NCBI RefSeq assembly: GCF_964204865.1
Contig: NC_135251.1
Coordinates: 17,732,001 to 17,796,000 of the forward strand
Direction: 5' to 3'
DNA length: 64,000 bases
From: Styela clava
Taxonomy: Eukaryota
A model generated the notes under the pieces. The model saw only the letters and a program-made list of their open reading frames with translations. It made no database searches and had not been told where the DNA came from. Numbering within the stretch: position 1 is the stretch's first letter; the number at the start of each line of letters is the position of its first letter. Made by a program: the position numbers and the translations under genes. Shown here piece by piece: positions 50,236-64,000 of this stretch.

Positions 50236-52744
50236 TTATCAATGGTTAAACAAACACTATAAGGTAAAAGCAGAGTGCGTTGCAAACATTCCCCGCTACT
50301 GGTATAAATAAATTTTAGAAATCAGATTTTATATTGAGTTTTATTAACCATGGAATATCCCAAGAAACGTAAAGTTGACTGAGAGTGTTGAGCATTTAAT
50401 ATAGATTGGCTACCGAAGTTATTTTTGTAATAATCCGGCCCGCCGAGTACTTCATTTTTCCACATCTGGCCCACCGACTAGAGAAGTTGCCCACCACTGT
50501 GCTAGACCAATTGCTTTGAAATCTCCCGCGGTTAAAAATTGTATTTGTCGCCAGAAAGTTATTACTTTTATGTAATTCAAATATTTCTGTGGGCTCCCTG
50601 GCATTCGTTTTCTATGTTTGATGATGTCATTAAAATTAACCATTGCGCACCTTGTGATGGTGAAGACTGCGATACAGATAGTCTACTGGGAAATATTCCA
50701 TACCTTTCTACCTCGTTTCAACCTCTTGTGTCCATATATTTGAGCATTTCTCTCTTTTATTAAAATTATCATTTTTGGGGTGGATCCATATTTTTTATCT
50801 GTTTCTATTTTCAACGCATTTTGCAGGGGAAATAATATCAAATTTTGTTATCAAAATCGATAAAACACTCTTTTTAACATAATATTGGTTACTTTCCTAG
50901 ATAAATTCCAGTTACTTTTACCGGATTTTTTATTCTTTACAACATGATACTTATCGGCAACGTACGGTAACTGTCAACATATATAATATGTAATAACGGT
51001 ATTCCCGCCACATATTATATAAAATATCTATTAAAATATTTATCTAGTAAATATTTATCGAGGTATTATCTATGGCCTAATATTATGTTCACCGGCTTAG
51101 TTTGCATAGTTGCATAATCGTTGTATCGTTACAAATATTGTGTAACATGTTAAAGTGAGATCATCTGACCAAGTTCACATACCTGATATGAATTTATATG
51201 CAGTATATATGTAGGGTGGGAGTTGATGTGCGGTTGATGAATTGACAAGGATTATGCATTATTTTGTGATATTATATGCAGATATAGTCGTGGACATTAT
51301 TCTTATTACATTACTCTATCCAGTTCAGATCTGTTGTTCTTTATTTGTCTGAGTGTTGTTTAGTATAGAGAAGCTGTAAATTATGTAATAAGTAAATTTT
51401 TATAGTAATTGTATGAGTTTGCTTATTCTGAATGAACATTATTTTCATGCTCAGAATTATGGATGTTATTGACAAGAGTTTGCTATAGTTCAACTTCTAT
51501 TACCATATATATGTTGAAGTTGAAGTCAACTTACTTGTAGGATTTCACTTTTTACCATATCATGCAGGAAGGGAGATAGCTCATTTTATATGGTAGTAGC
51601 ATCCGCCAGGTAGTATTTACAGATTGTCAAAATTTGTAAGTAGTATTCATATCCAGTTTAAGCTATTTGTAGTTGAGTGTTGACGCAGGGATGATATTCA
51701 ATTCGAATTTAATATTGAAATATATTCGGAATATCACGACCTTCGAATATCGTGTTTAGTGATAATAAGAATATCGAATATTGCGCACAAAGTTTTTCGT
51801 GTACGCCGCGGCAATAAATCTTAGCCGACGTAAAAGGATTAAAATCAGCGCCGACTTGAAGTATTTATAACACGTCAGGACGTTTTTGATTTGAAAATAT
51901 TTTTAAAATCATTATTGTACATTTATTCATCATAATCGAGATAGTCTTCGCAGCCGGCCGCGGCAATAAACTTACCGGAAAAATTGTTAATTTGTTTGTA
52001 ATTATATGTTTTTCATGGTTTGTTCTGATCAGGGCAGAGCATGACGGGAAAATTTTTGATTTTTTTTTCAATTTACAACGTCACGATTAAATATTATTTA
52101 GTATCAATTACGGATGTTATCGTTATCCTGGTGTCGTTGATGATAATATTGTTCAATTTAAGTTGGCGGGATTAATTTATGCCCAAAGATAAAAGCTTTA
52201 CAAACGAACAAGAAATATTTAACTTATTTAGAGACTTGCAACTAAGTATGTGAGTTTGGAATGTTTCATTTTTGAATTGAACTTCGAATTGAATGTTTCC
52301 GAATCGGATTCTATTTAGCATAACATCATATTATCGCTAACTTTCTTTAAATTTGGAAAAACTATAGTATAAATTGTAATAAAATAACGATAATGAACTT
52401 CATAAAAAATGAATTAGGTTAGTAGAAAAACACATCGTATTGATGCATCAACTACCTATTATATTAGGTATGAAAAAAATAATTTCTGAATAGAGGTCCA
52501 CTCAGTTTCATATTTACTTATTATCGTACAGTGCATACTGCTGTGAGCAGTTTTTAAAAAAAAAAATGCGATTCTGTAGGACAGAATTCAGAAATATGCT
52601 TAGAGTGGGCACTTGCAAAGCCAACTTTGGGTTGCTAAAACTTAGCGAGTTGATCAGATGGCCTGGCCCTTTGCTTCACTATAATTGTACGTTTTAGCCC
52701 ATTGCGATAAACAGAGCCACCCACCTTGGCAATAGTATTTAGAT

Positions 52745-53979
52745 CAGGGGTGGCCAACCTATGGCGCATGCGCCAAACGTGACGCATTGCATGATTAGAG
52801 GTGGCGCATTGCATCTTTAACCCTTTTCATGCCAAAATTGTTAATTGCACTTGGCATCTCCACGCCAAGCCGTTTTTTGCGATTTACATTGTGACTTTTG
52901 ATTGTACCTAAAATCTATCCTCCTTACTCCACGTCGCCCACTTACGGCTTGTTGGAATTAGAAACAACAGGCGATTATCGACGTTAGCTTTTGGACGGAC
53001 TTTATGACATTCATTGTAGACTTTTAGCAAAAATTAGTAAAATTTACTATTTTTAGTTGATGTTACTAGCCATCTCAATGATCTAAATTTGAGACTGCAA
53101 GGCAAAAGCAAACTATTTCCAAGCTTAGTAAATGACATTATCGCATTCAAGATGAAGTTGAAACTTTTCATTTCCCAGTTGGAAAAAGAGGATTTGTCCC
53201 AATTTCCTCAGATAAAAGAACATCGTGAATGTGCTGCTGGTAATGGCAATTTGGCAATATACACAGAAAAAATCAAGTTATTGCAAGAGTCATTTGAAAG
53301 CCGTTTTCATGATATTTCAAAAGAAGAAGACTCTATACTTGCTTTTATAAACCCATTTTCACTTAGTGAACTAACCATAATGAAGATGCCAAGCAATATA
53401 CAATTGGAACTAATTGACTTGAAAACTCATCCATCATTGAAAATTAAATTTGATGAGCTTTCTTCAGTCCCAAGTGCATCTGACATGATCAAGTTCTGGC
53501 AATCGTTACCCCGTGAAAATTTTCCAGAACTGAGAAAATTTGCCCAGGGTTTTATATGTCGTTTCGGAACGACATATAGATGTGAACAAACATTTTCTGC
53601 CATGAAACTAATTAAAAGCGAGGTCAAGACTTACAGATTTAAAATTTGATGAATGCACTGCTCCTCTCAGTAACAAACTTAACTCCAAGAATAAAAAAAC
53701 TGGCGAAAGTAAAACAGCAGCAAAAGTCTCATAAAGGCGGTACTTGAAAATAAAATTGATCAGTTTTATTTATTATACTTCCTTGCTTAATTTCTATTCA
53801 TGTGAAGTTGTAAATTGTAAAAACTACATATACGTGTGTATATATGTGTGTGTATTATAAATTTATATAATTTCAACAAGAAGCGGACATTAGGCGTGGG
53901 AATACAAGAGATTTACGGCGCATCTGAAACATTATGTTTAAAACGTGGCGCATGGTATGTGAAAGGTTGGCCACCCCTG
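52745..53979 (+). mobile_element. Young hAT deletion derivative (1235 bp) carrying the 3' part of the transposase
   Basis: Perfect 16-bp TIR caggggtggccaacct; perfect 8-bp TSD atttagat (52737-52744, 53980-53987). Confidence 0.93.
53040..53735 (+). pseudogene. hAT transposase C-terminal fragment (GTF2IRD2/SPIN/EPM2AIP1-like)
   Basis: FLVDVTSHLNDLNLRLQGK...INPFS...QLELIDL...FWQSLPRENFPELRKFAQGFICRFGTTYRCEQTFSAMKLIKS; no ATG or N-terminus; frameshift near 53620. Confidence 0.85.
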
Positions 53980-54070
53980 ATTTAGATGGTGTTAAGTGAA
54001 AGCATAGATGGCAAGTATATACACTGAAATGCTTGATAAATATATAGAGATATATAATTTTTTTATAGGA

Positions 54071-57000
54071 ATGATTTTCAGTGATGTTGAAAAAATGACA
54101 ATACTGCAATCATCAATTTTAATTTTAATTTCATCATTCGTTTCTTTCCAATTATATTCAAGATATATCAGCATCACCATTGAATTACCAGATGAAGAAT
54201 ATGATTTCATAATTGGTATGTGGTAGAATTTTGATAATCTCAGTACATTTTTTACAATTTTCTATTCTGCTTGAAATTTTTTTTATAGTTGGCGGAGGAA
54301 CAACGGGCAATGTTGTTGCAAGCCGTTTGAGTGAAGAGACTTCATTCAAGTGAGTTTATCTGACTTACAATTTCATTGAAATCATTGTCATTTTGGGCAC
54401 ATTGTCCCAGGGTAATGACCATTGGTTGTTCCTGTTTTACGTATAAGATATTGGAATTTGTAAACACACTGTAATTTGGTTTTTAGAGTCCTGATCCTTG
54501 AAGCTGGATCTGAAGATGGATTTGATCCTCGTTTGAATATTCCAATATTTTCTCCTTTTAACACAAGATCGCAGAATGATTGGGGTTATGAATCTGAAAG
54601 TCAACCAGGAATTTTCTACTTGAAAAATAATAATGTATTATTTTGCATCTAAGCTTTGGTGGCCTTTATCTAAATTGAACATGGTTAGGAATTTCAGATC
54701 ACAATACTTTCAATTAGAACATATGACAGTTTTCTGATGTTACTATGACAGAATCATCATCAATACATCCAGTTATATGTTCACTCTTGGGGTTTTGTTG
54801 AGGAATTTCTATCCAGTTTGTCCAGATCTGTGAGGATAGGATTTCCTAATGGAGATGAGAGCCGTTAAAATGGTTTAATCATATTGCGAACCATGGCCTC
54901 TTGTCTGTTGATCAGTCTACGTGAGCTATAGGAATAGTTAATCAGTTAGACAGATCAGATCAGACATTATAGCAATTGGTGTATTACACTTTTTTATAGC
55001 ATAATGCAGAAACTTTATTTAACAGGTGGAATTATTAACAAGAGGTAAAACTCTGGGAGGCAGCAGTGCTGCCAATTTTCAATATTACATGAGAGGAAGT
55101 CCATCAGATTATGATTCCTGGGAGTCAGAAGGAAATGTTGGATGGGGATTTGAAAGTGTTTTGAAGTATTTTATCAAATCCGAAAGATCGGATCATGTCT
55201 TTCCTGTTGATAAAGAATTTCATGGCAAGGATGGACCTCTGCATATAAAACATCATGAAAAAATTCCACTGACTGATGTATTTCTCAATGCAACAAAAGA
55301 AATTGGTAATTGTATAAATGATTTAGTCTGAAACTGTGGTTTTCAACCTTTCTGGTGTAGCGGAACCACAAAGAAACATACCAAGGGCCCAATGAACCCC
55401 CATGCAATAGTCTAATTGTCTTTTATTGTCTGATTTGTATATCTATAAATAAATATGAAAACGCTTATCTAATTCTAGAAAAACAAAATGCTCTTTATAT
55501 TGTAGCAAGTTTAATAGTAGTGACAATATATAATATACACACGGTAGATATAATTTACATTGTATTAATATAGTCAGATTTGTACAAAAACTTGCAGAAT
55601 TCCTGGACTGTACAGACTGATAGAACCCTGGTGTGTTGCGAAACTACAGTTCAAAACCACCTGTCTTGAATTTTAATTCTCTTCTGTTCAAGCCAGAGTG
55701 GTACAGAAGCATACCTATTTACACAAATCACACCCTCTTTTTAAGTATCCATTATAACACATTTTAAGGTCTGAAACATATCTCTGATCACAATGGTAAA
55801 GATATTATTGGTGCTGCACTAATGCAAACTTCAGTGAAAAATGGAATTCGACAAAGTTCTTCAACAGCTTATTTACGTCATTTTGCTAAACAGAGGTAAT
55901 TGATGGTTAATTTTCTGCCCAGATATTATATTGAACTTTGTATATACAGTATATGAAATTTTTGTAAGTTTTCTGGCAAACCCTTTTGCTATTTTTCTAC
56001 CAATTTTCTCACTTTTGTTCAATAAATTTTTTTTGAAAAAATATAAAGTTTGTTCCTTTTTATTGCTCAAATTGTATTGTCAGTATATTGGAGGGAATTA
56101 CTTCATTTTAGCTGCTTTTCCAAAAGTACAGACCTCAAACTTCCATGATCCACATTCCCCTTTCAAGGACTCTCAACACTGGCCCCCTGCTCTTCCATAA
56201 AAAGAATAGATTTGCTTTTAACATGTTTCCATTGCCAAACAAACAAAAGTAAAAAAATTGAAAATGCAAATTACAGTCAAAGAATTGAACAAATCTCAGG
56301 TTACTTCAAGTAATTGTAGTCGCTTCCTTGTGGCTTCCAAGGACCCAGTTTGAGAAACTGTGGTGTGAATTTTGGTATTTCTCCAAGTCATATGTCAACC
56401 TCCATCTACTGATATATTTATATAATAATCGTAAACCTAAATGCAGCTTTTAGTGATTCAGTTGTCTATTGCAACTCTTCGATTAATACTTTTTCTATTT
56501 TTTATTGAAGGGTTTTGACCCTGATCAGACATGTATGAAAAAATAATAATTGCAATTATAAGACATGTCTTAGAAATAACAATTTGTAGTGAAATAAGTA
56601 GTGTATGGCAGGCTGCATGGTTAGTGTAATATAGGCTGCATTACCATTCAAACTAGATTCTGTATATGTGTGCACTATCACTCAAAGAGTCACTGCTTTG
56701 CTAATCAGGAAAGATCGTCTTCACATTGTAGCTGATGCCCACGTTACACAAATTTTAATCAAAGAGAGAAAAGATGGAATTAAATCTGCTACAGGAGTTG
56801 AATTTATTAAGAATGGAAAAACAATTTCTGTGAATGCTAAAAAAGAAGTAATATTGAGTGCGGGTATGAAAAGTAGTCATACTCTGTTTGACGAACCTCA
56901 TAAAAAGATGCAACTTTTATAACCAATCGGTTTTGTTTTTGGAAAAACTTTTTATGGGATTGAATTCTTATGAATCAGAATAATTTAATTAATTGTATTA

Positions 57001-60000
57001 TAAGCATGTCCAAAACATATTGAATATTCGAATACGTTCAAAATTCATTTTGATATAGTAATTTTTTGAATTCAGAAATAATTTTGAACAATACTAGCAA
57101 ATTAGGTATTTTGAGCTGTCAGACAAGCAGATCAAAACACATGATATCTTAACTGGTAACAAACCCCACAGAGAACACAATACACTTTATATTTATGCTG
57201 TTTTAAATATGATCAACCCAAATTTAGAATGAATTCGATATTGGGTTTTTGAAAATATGTTCTCAGAATGTTTTCGGAATATTGAAAAAATATTTGGTTT
57301 GGGCCATCCTTGATTGGATGTATTATTATACATTTTAGGAGTTTATGGAACACCTCATATTTTGATGTTGTCTGGAATAGGACCAGCTTATCATTTGCAA
57401 GAGCATGGAGTAAGATGTTTTTCTTATATGACTGGATACTATTGAGGGCATCGTCTGCAGGTTTGAATCCTGGGGGAGGTAGTCACTCTGTCGGTTATGC
57501 CTGCCTCCACCATCTAAAACAAGTAACTGGTTAACTATCCCCAAACTCAACATGGACTGGTAACTGTACGAGAGGCCATGGTTTGCCATATGATCAGCTT
57601 TTCTTTTTTTATAAAATTCTTGTCCATACCTTCTCATTTACCAGTATTATTCGTTTCTGCTGCTCTGCGTGCTAAAAGTTAAATGTAGCTTAATAATTTG
57701 TCATTTATCAGTTGATTCTTAGTCAAATAACCGCACTGTTTGCAAATTGTAAGTTAGTGAGAGCACACAGGCATGGCATACTCGCCTTAGATAAAATGTA
57801 CACGTGGGCCAACAACAAATAATTGGAATGAGTGGGTCACTGCTGCCTTGTCTTAAGCAAAATCTTTATTGGAAATTGTTTTAATTCATTAAGATCAATG
57901 TTATTAAAGATCTTCATGGAGTTGGTTCAAATTATCAGGATCATATTGCTCGACCACTGTATTTTTATGCAAGGAACTTATCATTTGGTGACACTTCAGG
58001 AAATGAAGAAGTAAGAAATGATCTAAAAGCCTAAAACTCAATGTTTTTGATACAAAATGATTAGGAGGCATCTTTGCAGAAAATAATTTCAGTGGCTCTA
58101 TTAAGCCATATAAACAGCAATCAGTACATTGCACACAGTATCACTCACTCACAGTACACACTCGTGCTCAAACCACTGGGATATCACACCTAATATTTGC
58201 CCCTCTTACATGGTGGACATTCAAGCTACAAAACATGAATAGCTTCGCTGACATGTTGTTCATACTTAATTTGGCTGTTTTAGCCTTATTTCAGCAACCT
58301 ATCTATTAAATCAATATTTGATATTTTGATGCCACACCTTAGAGGATTTGATTATTGTGTATCTTATTTAAAGATCTTTTCAAGTATTCCTGGATGGATA
58401 TGGAAAGGCACTGGACCATTGGGAAATATAGGGGGTGCATTGGCAAATTTTAAAGTCAAAGATAGCAAAAGGTACATTTTTTTGCTGTTTTATTTGATAG
58501 TGAACTAATTATATTAAAATCATAAGTTTTGTGAATGAAAACATTTTGAAAGAAAGTTTCATACCTACATTTGCTGGAAAATTTCATCGTCATCGGTGTT
58601 AACCACTGAGTTATCAGGCACTAATGTCTTTTATTAGTAGGAATGGGCCAAGATTTCGATTTGAACTCAGATTGGAGATTGGACGCATTTTTAAGACTCA
58701 GTGGCGGCGATATCAAGTTTACCTCAATTTCACTATATAGTCTATAATTTGTTCTGTTTTTACTCATTTTGCACATGTTTTTGTCTATAAAGGTACAGTA
58801 CGGACAATATCTAGCTAAATGATATGATCTCATTTCTAAAAACATACATACGTAGGTAATGTATCACAGATTCACAGGATCTTATTACAAAAAATTTCAC
58901 CTTTTTTGACACTAATGACCACAACAGAAAACCGCACCAACATATAGAAATTTATTTCTATTATAATACATGTACTCTCCAGTGCTATTCTTTTCATTAC
59001 ATGAACCGAAAATATGTGTTGCGCAATGTATTCATGTTTTGGTTCGCATAAAAATAAAACATGCTCTACCCTGATTAATTACTGATACAAGGAATAAATA
59101 GCCTGTTTATATTGAATTGTTCTTCCACAAATTATGAAGGAGATCAACTCGGGGGTCACTTTATTTTTATCAGGAGTTTATTACATGCACAGGTTTTCTC
59201 ATATTGGCATGGCAAGAATTTTTGAAACATTTCACTTTCATCCAGTTTGACCTAAATTATGATTCCATGCAAACTGGCAAATTGTACAGAGAACTAATTA
59301 TATTTTTTTGGTTATCTAGACTCCTAGAGTCTTAAAAAACATTTTCTTTGCATCTCATTCATTGGACATGAAGTGGACCTATTCAAATTCCCAGTATTTA
59401 AATAAAGGCAAAGTCACTCTTTACCTGTTTTTCCAGTTTTCCTCACATGTGACCACTTTTGAATTGCTTGTCCACCGATCTTTTCAGCAAACTCTATTTT
59501 CAGGCCTCCCCATACAAGCACCGATACCCACCCATTGTGTCCATGTCTTTGAGCATTGCTCTCTGTGTTAAATGAATGGATTTAAAAATCGAACAAATAT
59601 GAGCAGTGACCACTATAAGTTTTATGAATAAATATCTTTGTGTTTTGATTCAATGACAAATTTAAAACAAATTTTTTCGTTTTCTGATTGATTTCAGTGA
59701 TGTGGATGATACACCAGATATTCAAGCTATTTTTATTCCAATAAAATCGGAACCATTCTTCTTTGATTTGATGATTTCAAACTGGAACTACAAACAAGAT
59801 GTGAGCACTGCAAAACTATTTAAATGATTGATTTACATTTCTGGTTTGAGGGTGAAGAATATATATCATGACGTTAGCTACCCAATCAAGCTCGATGACA
59901 CGAGAGCAGAATAGCTGTACCCTGCACTGCAAACTAATTCTCTCTTGCGACATCTCAAAATCAAGCATAACCATTTCATCCTGGAATCTTTTTTACTATC

Positions 60001-63000
60001 TTATCAGGATCTCATTTCTATTTATCTTATTTCTCATTCTTAAATATAATCTCTGTTTACAGGCTGGGTCAAATTTAGCTCCAATTTTAGTAAATTGACT
60101 ATTCTCAAACCACATCTGAACTTGCAACTAGTCGACATGCTGTGGTTTACTGTGTGATTTGGGCATTTGCATTGGTTTTTCTCTACCCCTAATAAATATG
60201 AAAACTCGATCCTATTTTCTCATTTGATTAAGCCTGCTATTGTATGTTCAAATTCTTTCATATTCAGGTATTCAAACATGAATATGAAAGGGCAAAACAG
60301 GAAAGAAATAGTGTTTTATTTTCCTACATGGTTGAAGCTATCCTTCTTCATCCAAAAAGTAGAGGTAATGTCAGGTTGAAATCTTCAAATCCACTTGACA
60401 AACCAAGGATCGATCCGAAAGTATTTTCACATCCAGATGATTTAATCACATTGGCGGAAGGTGGGTTCCAAATAGACAATTCCCAAATGTTGCCAAGGTT
60501 TGTTGTTATTGAAGAACTTGATCAAAGCAAGGTTATGCATCCCACACTGGGAAATGGTGGGGATTGATCTCCGAGTGAATTTACAGGCGACTACTAAAAT
60601 GCCAAATGCTTGGTGTGGTGCATTGTGCTCAACAATGGAAATACGCTCACCACCGCACCTCTGATGTCCCTGCGTGGGTTCGCAGGTTCGAGAGGATTGC
60701 TGGACTCCTCTCGGCCAGAGGGGGTTTCACTTAATCACTGGTTGGTTACTCCGCCATCAAGTCCATGCTTCTGAAAACAAACAGCTGTCCAACTTATCTT
60801 ATGCCCAACATGGACTGGTACCTAGACGAGAGGCGGTGGTTTGCCATATAATTAAGCCGGCTTTCCTCTTCCCCCGGATAAATACGTGAGTCCTATCCTA
60901 GCTACTGATACTGAGAGGAATTTTAGTGTAGAATTTCACTCCAGTAAATACTGAATGACTTGAAACTTAAACTAGTTCATGTGAATACGATGAGGAAAGC
61001 TGCTATGAGGTAGTGATTTTTACACACAGTAACTGAAGTCCAAAAAAAATACTTTGGTCTGAAACCTTGAAAGAATTTTGTCTAGTGGGTACACGACTCA
61101 AAACGAGTGAAGAGTTCACTGCCAGTTTGATAGCTGAATACTATTTTGCGGAAACAAGTTCCAAAAGTTCTGATCAAAACAATTCATTATATTATCTGTA
61201 AAATAAACACAGCGATGCGTATGGGTTCATAATGTAGCATTTCTATTCTGAACACTGTTGCTATATCATTCTATGTAATATTAGAACACTTTTTATCATG
61301 TGTCTTTTACTATCCTAGGGGTGAAGTGGATAATGAACTTGACTTCAACTAAAGCATTTGCTAATGTAGAAGCAGAATTTGTTCCAATGCATACAGAATG
61401 TGATGATAAAATACATGGGTGAAATACTTTGTGTTGTTGTCATTTTTATTCTGTGTGCTTTTTTTGGGGATTTAGATTTCATCCGAACGTAAATCCTATG
61501 CCAACAGGTTTCGAATTCGTTATTCTGTTTGTATAATTTGATTTATTATTTTGCAGAATGTAATGAAATTTAAAATAAAGATCTTAATCTCTTTTTGTGA
61601 ATACTTATTTCAACTTTGAAATCATTTTGGCATAAGTTTATTTCGTTGAAATTCTTGAATTCTTGAAACTTTTCATTCTTCCCCCTATTTAAAACTTGTT
61701 ATAAAGGCTTTTTTCTTGTTTCTTCAACTGCATTTACCATAACCTTTATATATCTAAGTAAAAGTAACTTCTAGAACTTTATTTCAACTGCAAACATTTG
61801 TTTAATCTTCATATTACATTTTATTCAGTTCAGACGAATATTATAAATGTATTTCAACTGGTGAGGCCTCATTATTTCATGGCTGTTGTACTGCTAAGAT
61901 GGGAAGCTTTGATGACTCAGATGCTGTAGTTGATTCTCAATTAAGGTATCTACTGAAGTGTCATTTCATTTTACAGTTTGCAAGGAGTAAAATGTTTTTA
62001 TTTAGTCGAATAGTACTATTATGTTGTTGGTATGACAGGGGTATAATTTTTTCAAATATAAAAATAGATAGGGTACCCCTGGATAGGGTACCGGAACATA
62101 GTATGTGTACCTGGTCAGGGTTAGGCCATAATTTTATTTCAATTTTCCATATTTTTGTTCTATTACGATTTCGGAGACTAGCCAAGTGACTCCCGTAGTA
62201 TTTGTATCTGAAATTATGGCCTAACCCTAACCTGGTATACATGCTATGTTCTGGTGTCCGCCATCTTGGTTCACATACTTCGGGAGTACCATAGATAGTT
62301 GTAATATTAGCATTCAAGTATGATTATTTGGAGGGGTAAAAACTGGTTGATGTACCTCCATGCTATATGCTCTTGTCTTCAAGTTCAATTTGGTTGGGAC
62401 CCGATATTCCTATTGATAAGACTTCAGAACCATGACATGATTCAAATATTCCAACACATTTTGCCAATATAGGCTATATACAGCATATTTGATTTCGAAT
62501 ATTTTCATTTAAAAAATTGGTATTTTGAGAATTCACATAATGTGACAATCAATATTTATAATGTAAAATGAATGTTGAATATTGTAGTTGTGGAACATGT
62601 TCTATGAACTTCTATATAATATTATAAACAGTTACATTCATATTCATAATTGTACTTTATTCAAAGAATCACGCAAAGTCATGTCAAACTGGAATACAGT
62701 CTTAACTTTTTTACATTCTCACTTGACTCTATAGTATAAGTTTGGCAGTCATATGAAGTAAATCAATATTTGGCAACATACATATTTTTTCAATATAACC
62801 TTATTCAGTCTTTTTGATCTGTACAAGGCTATGCAGAAGCAGTCATTGATATTTGATGATATGTAAAGAGATACTATTTTCTGGAATCTTTCCGGTAGGG
62901 CATTTCCTACCTAATAAACTCTGGGTGAAATGGTAGACATGTTTTTATGCAGTTATCTCTCTTCTAAGTTGATCTACGCAGCTAATTGAATAACTCATAA

Positions 63001-63239
63001 TAGATTGAATCAATTTACGAAAAAAAAATCAATAAATGCCTCAATATATTTATGTTTTCAGTAACTACAATCTTTTATTTATTTATTTTTTTATGTGTAT
63101 CAGAGTATTTGGTGTCAAGCACTTAAGGATAGCTGATTCCTCTATTATGCCCCATCAAATATCTGCTGGACCACAAGCAACATGTTTTATGATTGGGGAG
63201 AAAGCTGCTGAATTAATCAAGGAAACACATTTGAAATAA
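54071..63239 (+). CDS. GMC oxidoreductase (glucose/choline dehydrogenase-like, FAD), ~616 aa; exons 54071-54215, 54289-54349, 54487-54634, 55026-55305, 55769-55895, 56709-56863, 57339-57409, 57894-58010, 58374-58471, 59698-59800, 60268-60460, 61319-61418, 61829-61945, 63104-63239
   Basis: 14 GT-AG exons give 1851 nt in frame. Hydrophobic N-terminus, EYDFIIVGGGTTGNVVASRLSE, VLILEAG, RGKTLGGSSAAN, KEVILSAG, PHILMLSGIGP, VGSNYQDH, LLHPKSRGNVRL, FHGCCTAKMG, AVVDSQLRVFGVKHLRIADSSIMP, MIGEKAA. The start could instead be the ATG at 54095. Confidence 0.9.
60611..60900 (+). mobile_element. Near full-length tRNA-derived SINE (intronic)
   Basis: Head homologous to the 12826 and 21775 copies; 3' part (catggactgg...gagagg...ggtttgccatat) shared with fragments at about 9980-10040, 42060-42210, 54830-54950 (minus strand) and 57450-57600. 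Confidence 0.7.
62072..62290. mobile_element. Foldback MITE (Merlin-like), intronic
   Basis: GG...CC ends; perfect 8-bp TSD atagatag (62064-62071, 62291-62298); inverted homologue of 48371-48607. Confidence 0.8.
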
Positions 63240-64000
63240 TAGTTTCATCTGCTGCTTCTAGAATGCAACATCACGCCCCATCAAATAAATATCTGCTGGA
63301 CTGTTATCTGCTTTTTGGGGAGTGGACAAATTTTAAATCAAAACTTGTTTTTGGGGAAATATATTTGGTTGTTATTTACTCATATTTATAATCTTTTGAA
63401 AGAATTATTCCAAGCATCATTATTCAGTATTTTTATTCCACTGTCTGTACATCAACATTAACAACAAATTATTGTCAATATATAATGTTCTTCATTGAAA
63501 AAAATTTGACGTTTTTAAAATAAATTTTTGGCATATTTCGAATATCATTTTAGTTGATTTTAAATATTGCTTGTAATGTGATATTTCCATAATTTTTGCA
63601 CTAAAAAAAGAATGAGAAGCTGGCAGGCATATTTTATAGTGCTTCTAGTTTTCAGCACATGTGTTTATGTTTTAAGTTTATTTTTGGTAGATTTGGAATA
63701 ATCTGTCAGTAAAAATTTTGTGTTGTTTTACATTTCATTACATCTAATATCCATACAGAAGCATTTTGCCACTAGAAAAAAACAAGAGTCCCCCTTATAA
63801 TGGTTTGTGGCGAAGGTACGCATTGCGGTGTTTGCTTGTCACTTCTACAACACGAATCTTTTCGCTTATAGTTGAGGCAATCATGCTTAGAGTAAAATTG
63901 TGTTGTTTTATATTTGCTGCAACATTAGGGCATCGAATATAGAGGATACCATGGTATTGATCCATTAATCGATAATTGCTTGTTGTTTTGACGCGATGAC

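Larger units (their letters stand above)
45693..50499 (+). mobile_element. Internally deleted hAT (Charlie/SPIN-like) element, 4.8 kb, host to nested insertions
   Basis: TIR caggggtgggcaac / gttgcccaccactg; TSD tactagac vs tgctagac (7/8); ggccc subterminal repeats; remnant transposase start MEYPKKRKVD*EC*AFNIDW at about 50350-50430. Confidence 0.7.

Noticed and set aside
63273-63301. Second copy of GMC last-exon sequence
   Set aside because: About 25-bp local duplication in the 3' UTR with no coding consequence.

Overview
AT-rich animal (eukaryotic) genomic DNA with GT-AG introns; gene style and repeat content suggest an invertebrate chordate such as an ascidian (inference, not proven). Left to right: a same-strand trio of NGDN (single-exon CDS), FDX2 (single-exon CDS) and a 6-exon GPATCH2L-like gene without a G-patch; a transposon-rich spacer that includes a 4.8-kb CACTA/EnSpm-type element with a decayed DUF4806-like exon; a tandem minus-strand cluster of three intronless RIG-I-like receptor (RLR) genes; a divergent GC-richer promoter region with a perfect NF-kB site; single-exon LCMT1; about 13 kb of nested hAT and other transposons; and a 14-exon GMC oxidoreductase gene. 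The most notable system is the RLR triad. One paralogue is a complete, catalytically intact 2CARD-helicase-CTD sensor. The other two are long intact ORFs with dead ATPase motifs and complementary domain losses: one keeps the CTD but lacks Hel2i/Hel2, the other keeps the helicase body, lacks the CTD and has gained a basic 32-33 aa repeat linker. Many MITEs can be delimited exactly by terminal inverted repeats (TIRs) and target-site duplications (TSDs). All protein family calls are from motifs recognised by eye; no searches were run.
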